Shown piece by piece: positions 9,882-20,189 of a stretch of DNA of 64,000 nt. Position numbers and translations under genes: made by a program. The notes under the pieces were generated by a model. The model was not told where the DNA came from and made no database searches. It saw only the letters and a list, made by a program, of their open reading frames with translations. The first letter of the stretch is position 1; each line of letters opens with the position of its first letter. Origin of the DNA: an uncultured Chloroflexia bacterium (GTDB lineage Bacteria; Chloroflexota; Limnocylindria; Limnocylindrales; CSP1-4); assembly GCA_963748625.1 (NCBI GenBank), contig CAVVJT010000004.1, forward strand, positions 416,001 through 480,000. Reading direction: 5' to 3'.

Positions 9882-10954
9882 GGGCCTTCCCTCCTGTCGC
9901 TTCGGACCGGCGCGGGCCAGCGTCCCTCGAGGACTCTGCCGCACCTGGGGCACGCCCCGCCCGGGCCAAGGACGGACGAGCAGCGGTAGCCCCGCCGCTC
10001 CACGAGGAGCAGGCCGCAACCCACGCACGCCGTGTCCTCCAGTCGGACATCGGGCGCATTGCCCACGTAGACGTGCTGGAGGCCTGCCTCGCGCCCGATC
10101 CCGGCGGCACGCCGCAGGGTGGCGGCAGGCGTGGGCGGGACGTCGCGCATGCGGTAGGCGGGGAAGAACCGCGAGACGTGCCACGGGACGTGGGGCCCCA
10201 GCGTGTCCACGATCCAGCCGGTCAGGTCGCGCAGTTCGGCATCGGAGTCGTTGTGGCCCGGGATGACCAGCGTGGTCAGCTCCAGCCAGACGCCCGCGCG
10301 GGCGTAGGCCATGATGGCGTCGAGGACCGGCGCCAGCGTGGCGCCGCAGAAGCGCCGGTAGAACCGGTCGTCGAAGGCCTTGAGGTCCACGTTGGCAGCA
10401 TCCAGCACCGGCGCCAGGAGCCCGATCGCCTCCGGCGTGGCGTAGCCGTCGGTGATGAACAGGTTGCGCAGCCCTGCCCTCCGCGCGAGACGACCGATCT
10501 CGAGCGCGTACTCGAGGAAGACCGTGGGCTCCACGTAGGTGTAGGCGATCGATGACGCACCTGACGCGAGCGCCTCCTCGACGAGGCGGGCCGGCGGCAG
10601 GACGCGCTGCGGAACCTCCAGGCCCAGGCGAGGTGCCTGCGCGATCTCCCAGTTCTGGCAGAACGTGCAGTGGAAGGGGCAGCCGGCCGTCGCCACCGAG
10701 AACGCGAGGGAGCCCGGATCAACGTGGTAGAGCGGCTTCTTCTCGATCGGATCGACCGATGCCGCGACGACCGCGCCGTACGCCGAGCACCACAGCATCC
10801 CGTCACGGTTCTCGCGGACCCCGCAGATCCCGCTCCGGCCGGGCCGCACCAGGCAGCGGTGGGCGCACACACCACAGCGGACGCTACCATCGGCCTCGAG
10901 CGTGGCGAGGACGGTGGGCGTCTCCGGGAACTGGATCGGCTGCGGCAGTGGCAT
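9878..10954 (-). CDS. amrS: AmmeMemoRadiSam system radical SAM enzyme
   Basis: CGVCAHRC, DPIEKKPLYH, GCPFHCTFCQNWEIAQ and WHVSRFFP motifs. Confidence 0.92.
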   Translation of the reverse strand: MPLPQPIQFPETPTVLATLEADGSVRCGVCAHRCLVRPGRSGICGVRENRDGMLWCSAYGAVVAASVDPIEKKPLYHVDPGSLAFSVATAGCPFHCTFCQNWEIAQAPRLGLEVPQRVLPPARLVEEALASGASSIAYTYVEPTVFLEYALEIGRLARRAGLRNLFITDGYATPEAIGLLAPVLDAANVDLKAFDDRFYRRFCGATLAPVLDAIMAYARAGVWLELTTLVIPGHNDSDAELRDLTGWIVDTLGPHVPWHVSRFFPAYRMRDVPPTPAATLRRAAGIGREAGLQHVYVGNAPDVRLEDTACVGCGLLLVERRGYRCSSVLGPGGACPRCGRVLEGRWPAPVRSDRREGP

Positions 10955-11079
10955 AGGCACCGCGGCCAGTCTGGTCCGGCGCCAGCCGCCTGCCAATGGT
11001 CGTCAGGACCGGAATCGGGCCGATTGCCACCTGTACCGGTATGCCTGAACGGGGAGGATGCCGGACGGAGGAGCCGCCC

Positions 11080-11673
11080 ATGACCGCATCGTCATCAGGC
11101 CTGCCCGGGCCTGTCACCGTGAGCGAGCCGGACCAGACCCGCCTGCTGGGGCTCGCGCGCGTGGCCGTCGCAGTGGCGTCTGGAGCGGCGGCCCAGGACG
11201 CGCTGGACGCGGCGATCGCGTCGGGCCCGCTTCCCTCCTTCCCGGCAGCGGCCTTCGTCACCCTGCTCGAGGACGGTGATCTCCGCGGCTGCATGGGCAC
11301 GCTGGACCCGGATGGGGAGGCGTGGTCGGCCGTCGTGGAGACGGCGGGCTGGGCCGCCCAGCGCGATCCGCGCTTCCCACCGCTCGACCGTGCGGAGCTG
11401 GCGGCGCTCGAGATCGACGTGTCGATCCTGGGACCACTGGTCCCGCTGGAGGATCCGGCCGCGTTCCGGCCCGGCATCGACGGCATCGTCATCAGCCGGG
11501 ACGGTCGCCGGGGACTCCTGCTGCCGGAGGTCGCGGACGACGTGGGCCACGGGCCGACCGACATGCTCGACGCGGTGTGCCGCAAGGCGGGCCTGCCGCG
11601 CACGGCATGGCAGGACGCCAGGTCGAAGCTGTGGGTGTTCCGCACGCTGCGCTTCGGCGGGCCGGCGGCCTGA
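11080..11673 (+). CDS. amrA: AmmeMemoRadiSam system protein A (AMMECR1 family)
   Basis: AFVTL...LRGCMG, RDPRF, GLLLPEV and CRKAGL motifs; GGAGGAG SD. Confidence 0.92.
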   Translation: MTASSSGLPGPVTVSEPDQTRLLGLARVAVAVASGAAAQDALDAAIASGPLPSFPAAAFVTLLEDGDLRGCMGTLDPDGEAWSAVVETAGWAAQRDPRFPPLDRAELAALEIDVSILGPLVPLEDPAAFRPGIDGIVISRDGRRGLLLPEVADDVGHGPTDMLDAVCRKAGLPRTAWQDARSKLWVFRTLRFGGPAA

Positions 11674-11701
11674 CGGGTTGCGCGGGGCGAGTTCGCGGTC
11701 T

Positions 11702-11812
11702 GCCCCACGTGAGGGGCGAATCGGAGGGTCGTGAGCGTGGTCCGGGCGCGAAACCCGTGGTTTCGTACCCGGGGCGTGCGTGGACGGGCGCACAACGCCC
11801 CACACGTGGGGC
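11702..11812. repeat. 111-bp intergenic element, copy A (core type 1)
   Basis: Inverted ends GCCCCA-N5-GGGGCG; central GAAACCCGTGGTTTC palindrome; aligns ungapped with the reverse complement of 53712-53822. Confidence 0.8.
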
Positions 11813-11908
11813 ACGCCGGTGTTGCGTTGGGCGCGCGAGGTGCTGGATGGATCGCGCCCGCGCTGCGTGGCTCGGCACCCTACGATGGTCCCGAGGAGGC
11901 AGGCGCAG

Positions 11909-12835
11909 ATGACGATGCGGTTCGGGGCGGCGTTCTGGGCCCAGCGCACGGGCTGGTCGGAGATGCGCGAGGTGGCGATCCGCGCGGAGGCCGCGGGCTT
12001 CGACGACGTCTGGATCGACGACCACCTGCTCACCGACGAGGGCGACTGGACCGATCCCAAGCTCGAGGCCTGGACGACAATCGCGGCAGTCGCGGCGGTC
12101 ACATCGCGGGTGCGGCTGGGGCACCTGGTGTCAGCCAACACGTTCCGCAACCCCGGCCTCCTGGCCAAGATGGCGACGACCGTGGACCACATCTCGGACG
12201 GGCGCCTGGTCCTAGGGCTTGGCGCCGGCTGGTTCGAGCGCGAGCACGAGGCGTTCGGGCTCGACTTCGGGAGCGGCATCGGCGAGCGGCTCGACCGGCT
12301 GGTGGAGGCGGTCCCGCTGCTGCGCCGCCTCCTCGACGGCGAGACGGTCACCCACGACGGCCGCTTCTACACGTTCCGTGAGGCCGTCTGCGCGCCCCAC
12401 CCGGTCCAGGCGCACCTGCCGATCCTGGTGGGCGGCTCCGGGCCACGCAAGACCCTGCCGCTGGTCGCGCGCTCCGCCGACATGTGGAACTGCTACGGAA
12501 CGCCCGAGGAGGTCGCCGCTGCCGATGCCATCCTCCGCGACGCCTGCACGGCGGCCGGCCGTGACGAACGGGAGATCGAGCGCACGTTCGACGTCAACGT
12601 GGTGATCCGCTCCTCGCGGGAGGCGGCCGAGGCCGCGTGGCGGGGCTGGTCCGAGGCGCACCAGCCGCAGGACGGCGAGGGGGAGCTCGATGCCGGCGGC
12701 ACCGTGGACGATGTGGCCGCGGTGCTTGCACGCTACCGGGACGTGGGGTTCGCCCACCCGATCATGATCTTCCGAACGCCGTGGGACCTCGAGACGATCG
12801 AGCGCCTGCCCGACCTGCGCGCCGCGCTGGGATAG
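11909..12835 (+). CDS. LLM-class (probably F420-dependent) oxidoreductase
   Basis: AEAAGFDDVWIDDH, FRNPGLLAKMATTVDHISDGRLVLGLGAGW and PILVGGSG motifs. Confidence 0.88.
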   Translation: MTMRFGAAFWAQRTGWSEMREVAIRAEAAGFDDVWIDDHLLTDEGDWTDPKLEAWTTIAAVAAVTSRVRLGHLVSANTFRNPGLLAKMATTVDHISDGRLVLGLGAGWFEREHEAFGLDFGSGIGERLDRLVEAVPLLRRLLDGETVTHDGRFYTFREAVCAPHPVQAHLPILVGGSGPRKTLPLVARSADMWNCYGTPEEVAAADAILRDACTAAGRDEREIERTFDVNVVIRSSREAAEAAWRGWSEAHQPQDGEGELDAGGTVDDVAAVLARYRDVGFAHPIMIFRTPWDLETIERLPDLRAALG

Positions 12836-12844
12836 GCTGCGTCC

Positions 12845-13159
12845 ATGCATCGCCTGACCGTTCTCCTGCTCGCCGTCCTGGTGACCAGCCTGCTGGCCGG
12901 ATGCTCGCCCGCGCTCACCCGGGAGCAGGCGCAGGAGAAGGCGATCGCCGCGTTCGCCGCCCCCGACGCGCATGAGGGGCCGGTCCAGGACGTGATGGTG
13001 CTCGGGGCGACCGAGACGACCCGAACCGGGTATCGCGGGTGGGACTTCCGGCTCTCCGGCCTGATCGTGCTGCCCGGCCTTCCCGAGGGCATGCTCGTGA
13101 CGGAGACGCTGTTCGTGACCGCAGACGATGGCAGCGTCAGCGTCGTCGGGCAGGGGTAG
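12845..13159 (+). CDS. Small lipoprotein (PepSY-like)
   Basis: Lipobox LLAGC; LTREQAQEKA helix and FVTADDGSV C-terminus; TAGGCT -10 box 6 nt before the ATG. Confidence 0.7.
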   Translation: MHRLTVLLLAVLVTSLLAGCSPALTREQAQEKAIAAFAAPDAHEGPVQDVMVLGATETTRTGYRGWDFRLSGLIVLPGLPEGMLVTETLFVTADDGSVSVVGQG

Positions 13160-13184
13160 CGCGTCGGTGTACGGGCGGCCGGTG

Positions 13185-13481
13185 ATGGCACTGCTGGGGC
13201 TGGTGTTCGCGCTGGTCGTCGCCGCCTGCAGCGGGGGCGTGTCGGACGCGCAGGCGCGCAAGATTGCGGCCCAGTGGTTCTCCGATGCCGAGAAGGCCGC
13301 CGGTGAGGTGGCGCGCGAGGTCAAGACCAGCGACCCGCTCAAGGCGGACATGAACGGGGTTGCCGGCTGGGAGGTCCAGGTGTCGGGCACGGAGGACTCG
13401 ACCGGCGCCCTGAAGATCGTCTACGTGTTCGTGGACGCCGCGACAGGCGAGGTCACGAAGATGGGCGAGGGCGTCGAGTAG
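13185..13481 (+). CDS. Small lipoprotein (PepSY-like), similar to the previous gene
   Basis: Lipobox VAAC; GWEV...VFVDAATGEV. Start codon uncertain. Confidence 0.7.
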   Translation: MALLGLVFALVVAACSGGVSDAQARKIAAQWFSDAEKAAGEVAREVKTSDPLKADMNGVAGWEVQVSGTEDSTGALKIVYVFVDAATGEVTKMGEGVE

Positions 13482-13554
13482 CAGCGGGACGGGGGTTCGC
13501 GTCACATTGGGGGCCGGCAGACCGCCGGCGGCAGGCGTCCCGGAGGCAGCGGAC

Positions 13555-15093
13555 ATGTGCCCGACGAGCGCGTGGCGGGTGGGCTGCATGGCCGTCGTCG
13601 CGGCGCTGGCCATTGCCGCGTGCGGATCGGAGGCGGCGACACCCACCCCTCCCCCATCTCCTTCGATGACGCCAATGGGGACCCAGCCGGTCACGATCGA
13701 TCCGACGCCCGTCGCCGTCCCATCGGTCACGTCGCCGTTCGAAGAGCCGCTCCTCGCGCCCACGTGGGCGCCCGCCCAGCTGCCGGCCGAAACGGGCACG
13801 GTGCACATCGCAGCCGGTGCGGACGGCGACCTGTACGTCCTCGTTGACGAGCCCAAGGTTCTTGCCGACGGTCCTCCCTCCAGGGCCACCTTTGCGCGGC
13901 TCGATCCGGCGGGCGGCATACGGCCGGGCTGGCCGGTCAGCGTGGACGGATGGTTCTGCGCCTGGGAGTGGGGCGAAACCCGGCCGCTGGGCCCGCTGGT
14001 CGCAACGGACGGCTCGGTCCGTGCGCTGTGCACCTCCGACGAGGAGACCACCACACCCGACGGGGAGGTCGGCTTGCCGCTGAGGATCGCTGTCGGGCTC
14101 GCGGCCGATGGCAGTCCCCTCAATGGATGGCCGGTGGACCTTCGCGGGACCGGATGGCATACGCCAGCCGTGATCGACGGCACCACGCTCGTCGTCGCCG
14201 CGAACGTCACGCTGACCGATGCCCAGGGGAACGGCACGGGATCGGACGTGTGGGTTGTGGCCATCGGCGGTGACGGCACGCGCCGGGACAGTCCGCACCT
14301 GGACGCGACAAGGTTCGTCTGGCCGGTGCTGGGTCCCGATGGCATCGCGCGGATGGTCAGCTTCGCCGCCGACGGCATGCTGCTGGCCATGACGCTCGAG
14401 GGTGTTGTCGACGGGTGGCCCGCGACGCTGGGTCCCGGCATGTCGGGGCCCGCGGCGGGACCGGACGGCACGACCGTCGCCGCCATCGTGACCGGCTCGA
14501 CGACGAGGACGGTGATCCTCGATCCTCGGGGTGTCGAGCTCGACTCGGGCTCCGATGCCCTGCGGGTGGTCCAGTCTCCCGAGTGGAGCGGGGCCGGCCC
14601 GCACGGTGGCCCGGCGATCCCGCTCGTCGCGTCGGACGGCACCGTCTACCTGCTCGAGCAGCGCGACGATGAGTTCACCGTCATGGCGATCGACCGGGCC
14701 GGGCAGGTGCTCGCGGGGTTCCCGGTCTCGCTGCCCGGGCAGCTCGAGGAACAGGGCCGGTGCGACCGCGAGGAAACGGGCTGTGGCGTGTGGACTGTGC
14801 AGCCGGCGTTGGCCCCGGACGGCACCGTCTACCTGGCGCTCCGACGTGCAGGACAGGGGGCGTCAGGCTCGCTGGTGGCGATCACCCGCAGCGGCGGCCT
14901 GGTCTCCAACTGGCCGGTGCTCGCCGGCGATGCCCGCGAGGCAATCCGCGATCTCAAGGTCGGTCCTGACGGCACGGTGTTCGCCGTCGTCGTCGATCGG
15001 GCCGCCGAGCCCAGGTCGTGGAGCGTGCTCGCGTTGCGCCCGGACGGGTCCGAGATCTACCGGACGCAACTCGTGGTATCAGACCGCCAGTGA
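13555..15093 (+). CDS. Large lipoprotein, probable beta-propeller
   Basis: Lipobox IAAC, Pro-rich linker, recurring (G)WPV and (P/S)DGTV(Y/F) repeats. Start codon uncertain. Confidence 0.7.
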   Translation: MCPTSAWRVGCMAVVAALAIAACGSEAATPTPPPSPSMTPMGTQPVTIDPTPVAVPSVTSPFEEPLLAPTWAPAQLPAETGTVHIAAGADGDLYVLVDEPKVLADGPPSRATFARLDPAGGIRPGWPVSVDGWFCAWEWGETRPLGPLVATDGSVRALCTSDEETTTPDGEVGLPLRIAVGLAADGSPLNGWPVDLRGTGWHTPAVIDGTTLVVAANVTLTDAQGNGTGSDVWVVAIGGDGTRRDSPHLDATRFVWPVLGPDGIARMVSFAADGMLLAMTLEGVVDGWPATLGPGMSGPAAGPDGTTVAAIVTGSTTRTVILDPRGVELDSGSDALRVVQSPEWSGAGPHGGPAIPLVASDGTVYLLEQRDDEFTVMAIDRAGQVLAGFPVSLPGQLEEQGRCDREETGCGVWTVQPALAPDGTVYLALRRAGQGASGSLVAITRSGGLVSNWPVLAGDAREAIRDLKVGPDGTVFAVVVDRAAEPRSWSVLALRPDGSEIYRTQLVVSDRQ

Positions 15094-15119
15094 CGAGGTC
15101 GCCACGACGTACGGGTTGT

Positions 15120-16481
15120 TTACGGAGTTTCCGCGACGGCGAGCCAGGCCGTTCCGCCGTCGCGGACGAGGAGTCCATCCGGTAGCTGGATCACAAGGTC
15201 GGGATGACGGGGCGCGACGGCGGCGCCGTCCTGATCGCCCGTCTTCGCTCGTGTCCAGGACCTTCCGTCGGCCGACGTCCAGACGGCTCGCCCATTGCGG
15301 TAGGCCACGATGCGCGTTCCATCACCCATGTACGAGCCGTCCACGCACGGCCGGCACTCGCCGTAACGCGGTGGTGTGGCAGGCAGCGGGCCCAACTTGT
15401 CCAGGACCGTCCAGCGCGTTGCATCGCGCGACGTGCACACGACCTGGGTGACGAGCGTGCTGCCCGTGTCGCCCGGCTCCCCCACCGGCACGGGGTTGAT
15501 GTCACCCACGGCGAGCATGCCGTCGGCCCCCGCAGCCACGGAGGACGCCACGCCGCAGCGGGCGGGAATGCGTGACCGTGACCATGTGACCCCGTCCGCC
15601 GAGGTCAGCGCCTTGCCGTCCCGGACGCTCACGAGTACGCCACCCTGCGCGGCGACAAGCGCCGGCCCAGAGCCCGCGTACTCACCTGTGCTGCCGGCCT
15701 GCGAGACGGACCAGGTGGTGCCGTCCCGTGTCACAGCGAGCACCTCCGCCGCGTAGCCCTCGATGACGAGCCACGGATCCGCGTGCCGGGCGAGGACGAC
15801 GTGGTTCGCCTCGTCACCGGTCTGCTCCTCCGGCAAGGCGATCGAGGGAGCCGGCAACTCCTCCCATACCGTCCCGTCGCTCGATGCCCACAGGCGCATG
15901 GGTCCGGTGAGGTCGCACAGCTCGACGGCTGGGACCGCGTCATCTGGCACGCACCACGAGCCCTGTTCCAGCGTGAGCACGACCACGCGCCCACCGAGCG
16001 GCGCCGCTGAGATGACGAGGCCCGTGCCGAACGTGCCGGCAGGGATCTCGCGCCAGGCGCCGGTCGATCGGACACCCATACTCGGGACCGGTAGCGGAGG
16101 ACAGATCGACGTCCTCACCGTCCGGGTCCACTCGTCCGGCACGAGCGTCTCACCAACGAGCAGGCGGCCACCGGGCCATTCGACCACGTCGATGGCATCG
16201 GCCAGTGGACTGCCAGCCTCAACGGCCCGCCATGTGAGCAACCGCCAGACGGCAGGCCTGGGCGTTGGGGCGGATGTTGGCAGCAACTCCGGGGCGCTCG
16301 GCCGGGGACTGGGTGAAGGCGAGGCCGGGACCCTCGATGGGCGATCGACACGACTGCTTGCCGTAGGCGCGGCTGTCCCGGATGGTGCGTCTGGCGCGAT
16401 GGCAGGGGTCGGCGAATCGTCGCTCCCGCATGCAGCCAGCAGCCCGAGCAGGAGCGCCACAAGGACGTGCCGGCCGGTCAT
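15120..16481 (-). CDS. Lipoprotein with Asp-box (BNR-like) repeats
   Basis: Lipobox LAAC; repeats SSDGTVW, TRDGTTW, SADGVTW, SRDATRW and SADGRSW. Confidence 0.7.
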   Translation of the reverse strand: MTGRHVLVALLLGLLAACGSDDSPTPAIAPDAPSGTAAPTASSRVDRPSRVPASPSPSPRPSAPELLPTSAPTPRPAVWRLLTWRAVEAGSPLADAIDVVEWPGGRLLVGETLVPDEWTRTVRTSICPPLPVPSMGVRSTGAWREIPAGTFGTGLVISAAPLGGRVVVLTLEQGSWCVPDDAVPAVELCDLTGPMRLWASSDGTVWEELPAPSIALPEEQTGDEANHVVLARHADPWLVIEGYAAEVLAVTRDGTTWSVSQAGSTGEYAGSGPALVAAQGGVLVSVRDGKALTSADGVTWSRSRIPARCGVASSVAAGADGMLAVGDINPVPVGEPGDTGSTLVTQVVCTSRDATRWTVLDKLGPLPATPPRYGECRPCVDGSYMGDGTRIVAYRNGRAVWTSADGRSWTRAKTGDQDGAAVAPRHPDLVIQLPDGLLVRDGGTAWLAVAETP

Positions 16482-16570
16482 GAGGGCAGCCTCCATCCAT
16501 CGCGGGACGCCATCGTGCGTGAGACGCGCACCCGACCGGGAGTGCTACATCCCAGCACTCCGGAGCTCGA

Positions 16571-18006
16571 TCAGCTGCGGACCGAGCCCGCGAGCACCGC
16601 TGTCTGGGCTTCCGCGAGCCATTCCCGTGTCCGGGTCGCGGCGGCGAGACCCGACGTGATGCAGTCGGGGAGGCCGACGCCCCGGTACGAGGCCCCGGCC
16701 ACCGTCACCGCGGGCCAGGCGGAGACGGCCTCCTCGACGGCGCTCGCACGTGCCAGGTGGCCGACGGTGTAGCGCGGCATCGCGCCGTCCCAGCGGGAGA
16801 CGCGGACCAGCAGCGGCTCCCCGTTGATCTGGAGCGTGGCCGTTCGGCGTCGGCGCGGGCGGCGCCGACGAGATCGGCTTCCGGGAGCGAGGTCCACGTG
16901 CCCTCGTCGCGCACGAACATCCGGAGCAGCACCGTGTCGGCGGGCGCCCGGTCGGCCCACTTCTCGGAGGACCAGGTGCACGCTGAGATCGCGCCGCCCT
17001 CGCTGGGCGGGACGAGGTAACCGTGGCCCACCAGGTCGCGCCCGACGGCGCCCCGCGGGTACGCAAGCGTCACCAGGATGGACGTCCCGTGCGGGATCGT
17101 CTCGAGCGCGGACGCGGCGCCTGGGATCTCGGCCTCCAGCAGCCACGCGGCGACCGGCGCCGGGGTCGCGATGACCGCGCCGTCGAAGATCTCCACCGAC
17201 CCGTCGTCCAGGCGCGCTGCCACCCTGCTCCCAGCGCGGTCCAGCGCCCGCACCGGCACCCCCGTCCTGACGTCCGCGCCGAGCTCGTCCAGCGACGCCG
17301 CCAGCGCCTCCACGAGCGTGCCCATCCCCCCGCGCAGCGACTGGAACACGCCCATCGACTTCGCGCCCGGTGGCCGCTTCGCCGCCATCTCGCGCTGCTT
17401 GCGGCCATCCGCGAGCCCGGCCCGCAGCAGCGAGCGGTGCTCGGCCTCCGCGATGCGCAGCTGCGGAACCACGGCATCGAGCGAGAGCTCGTCGATCGGC
17501 GTGCCGTACACGCCGCCCACCAGCGGGCCCGCGAGCCGTTCCACGATCGGCGACCCGAGCCGGCGGCGCAGGTACACGCCCACGGCGATGTCCTCCGGCC
17601 CGAGGGAGCGCGGCGCCACCAGGTCGCGGGCCATGCGGGCCTTCTCGGGCCACGAGAACAGGCGTGTCCTGGCGAACGGCAGCACCTTCGTCGGCAGGAC
17701 GAGCCCGAGGCCCTCGGGCATGGGAACGAGCGAGCCCCGGTGGCGGATGTAGACGGCCCGCGGATCCCGCGTGCCCACCAGCTCGTCGCCGAGGCCCAGC
17801 TCGCGGGCGAGCGCGATCGCCGCCGGCCGCGTGGCCAGGAAGGAATCCGGCCCGTGCTCCAGCAGGAATCCGTCCACGTGCTCGGTGGCGATCTTGCCAC
17901 CCAACCGCGACCCCGCCTCGAGCAGTGTGACCGGAACCCCCGTGAGGGCCAGCGAGCGCGCGGCGGCGAGACCGGTGATCCCGCCGCCGACAATCAGGAC
18001 GCCCAT
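16571..18006 (-). CDS. hemY: Protoporphyrinogen/coproporphyrinogen III oxidase (HemY/CgoX type), frameshift near 16840
   Basis: IVGGGITGLAAA FAD motif and LEHGPDSFL. The C-terminus (RW...MPRYTVGH...GASYRGVGLPDCI) continues in another frame. Confidence 0.88.
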
Positions 18007-18026
18007 GTGGATCCGCCGGCCCAGGC

Positions 18027-19230
18027 CTACGCCATGCCGTACTGGGGCAGGTCGCCCGACGGCACGTAGGGGCAGAGCGGGTCGGACTCGAGCGGATCGC
18101 CCGTCCACATGTAGGCGCGGGCGCGCGAGCCGCCGCAGACGCGCGACCACTCGCACACGCCGCAACGGCCCTTGAACTCCTGCGGCTTGCGCAGTGCCTG
18201 CATGAGGGGGTGGTCGCGGTACACATCCACGATCGAGTCGGTCCGGACATTGCCCAGCGGGATCGGCAGGAAGCCCGACGGATTGATGGTGCCGTCGTGG
18301 TTGATGAACACGATCCCGTTGCCGTCGCGGATGCCGAACCCCCGCCCGACGGACGTCGCAAGGATCTCCTCGAAGGACTTGCCGTCCGCCTCCATCGAGC
18401 GGACTGCGAGACGGCGGTAGTGGGTCGCCTCGGTGGTCTTGACCTGGAACGGCGCGGTCTTGGACAGCTCGAACGCCCAGGCGTTGAGCTTCTCGGACTG
18501 GCCGGGCGTGACCTCCTTGAGCTCCGAGCCCCGGCCCGTGGTGATGAGCATGAACAGGCTCCAGCGCATGATGTCCATGCCCAGGAGCAGCTCGTAGATG
18601 GCCGGCAGGTCCTCGAGCGTCTCGTCGGTGACGAGCGTGTTGACCTGGATCGGCAGGCCCGCGGCACGCGCCCACGTGGCCGCCTTGAGGGTCTTCTCGA
18701 ACGTGCCCGCGACCATGCGGAAGCCGTCGTGGCGCTCGGGGTTGGAGCCGTCGAGCGAGAGGCTGATGTTCTGGACGCCCGCGTCGCGCAGGCGCTCCAT
18801 GGCCTCCTGGGTGAGCAGGTCGGTGGCCGCCGGTGCGAGGCTCGGCGCCGATGCCGCGGGCGGTCGCCGCGCGCACGAGGTCCTCGAGGTCGGGGCGGTT
18901 GAGCGGGTCGCCACCGGTGAAGACGACATGCGGGTACGGCCGCCCGAACTTCGTGATCTCGTCGAGGAGCCTGTAGCCCTCCTCGGTGCTGAGCTCGAGC
19001 GGGTTGCGCTCGGCCTGGGCGGTGGCGCGGCAGTGACGGCAGGCGAGGCCGCAGGCGAGGGTCGTCTCCCAGTACACGAGCATGGGCGCGCGGTTGTAGA
19101 CGTAGCCCTCGGCGCGGACGGCACCGACGCCGGTGATGCCGGGGTGGCCGCCGCCCGGATGGCCGCCAGGGTGCCCTCCTGGATGGCCGCCGGGGCGGCC
19201 GGCCGGGGTGGGTTCGATCGTGGTGGTCAT
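18027..19230 (-). CDS. Radical SAM/SPASM protein (NirJ/AhbD-like), frameshift near 18848
   Basis: WETTLACGLACRHCRA (CX3CX2C), FTGGDPL and SPASM CGVCEW..VCGGSRARAY..GDPLESDPLC; N-terminal GGHP repeats. Confidence 0.85.
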
Positions 19231-19253
19231 GGCGCTCTCCTGCGGACGCGGCG

Positions 19254-20189
19254 CTAGGCGACGGGGACGGGCCGGAGGGCGTCGACGGCGATGTCGGCGA
19301 GACCGGCGATGAACGTGGGATCGGTGTTCATCGAGCGTGCGCGCTCGAGCCGGATCCCGGCCTGCGCGGCAACCCCCTGCGCCTCGATGTCGATGTCGTA
19401 GAGGACTTCCAGGTGGTCGGCGACGAAGCCGACGGGCCGGATCACGAGGCCCGGCACGCCCTCGGCGGCAAGGCGGCTGATCTCGACCAGGATGTCCGGG
19501 CCAAGCCAGGGCTCGTCGGTCCGGCCGGCGCTCTGGAAGGCGAACTCGTAGTCCTCGATGCCCAGGCGCTGCGCCACCAGGCGCGCGGTGGCCGCGAGCT
19601 CGGCCGGGTACGGGTCGCCGTCGGCGAGGACGCGGGCGGGAAGGCTGTGGGCGGTGAACATGAACCGGACGCCGGTCGGGTCCTCGAAGCGGGCGAGCGC
19701 CTCGCGGGCGGTCTCGGCCAGCGCCTCGATGAACTGCGGCTGGTCATGCCAGGAGGTCACGTAGAGGACCTCTGGCGGCGTTGCGCCCGCTGCGGCGATG
19801 TCCGCGAGGGCGGCGTCCACGGCGCGCTTGTAGCCCGCGGCATTGGACGACGCCTGGGGTGCGAGCGCGATGGCCACGAGACGCTCGACGCCGTCGGCGG
19901 CCATGCCCTTCACGATGTCACCGATCCGCGGCGCGATGTGGCGCATGCCGGCGTACACGGGGACGTTCACGCCCCGGGAGGCCAGCTCCGCCTCGAGCGC
20001 CGCCCGCTGCTCCTCCACGATCCGGCTCAGCGGGGACCCGCCACCGATGGCGCGATACCGGCCCAGCAGCTCCTCGAGCAGGTGCGGCGCGGGCGGCGAG
20101 CCCCGGCGGATGTCCGTGTAGTACGCCTCGACCTGGTCGAGGGAGTCGGGGGAGCCGTAGGCCATCAGCAGGACGGCATCTGTGGTCAT
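19254..20189 (-). CDS. hemH: Ferrochelatase (probably coproporphyrin ferrochelatase)
   Basis: LLMAYGSP, FTAHSLP, FQSAG...WLGPD and GFVADHLEVLYDID motifs. Confidence 0.93.
   Translation of the reverse strand: MTTDAVLLMAYGSPDSLDQVEAYYTDIRRGSPPAPHLLEELLGRYRAIGGGSPLSRIVEEQRAALEAELASRGVNVPVYAGMRHIAPRIGDIVKGMAADGVERLVAIALAPQASSNAAGYKRAVDAALADIAAAGATPPEVLYVTSWHDQPQFIEALAETAREALARFEDPTGVRFMFTAHSLPARVLADGDPYPAELAATARLVAQRLGIEDYEFAFQSAGRTDEPWLGPDILVEISRLAAEGVPGLVIRPVGFVADHLEVLYDIDIEAQGVAAQAGIRLERARSMNTDPTFIAGLADIAVDALRPVPVA

Noticed and set aside
11702-11812. 111-bp elements as CRISPR repeats or integron attC sites
   Set aside because: They are dispersed single units with no repeat-spacer array, no RYYYAAC/GTTRRRY cores, and no cas or intI gene.
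16705-19230. 841-aa ORF that looks like a radical SAM-HemY fusion
   Set aside because: Produced by the frameshift near 18848. The radical SAM protein finishes in another frame at 18027.
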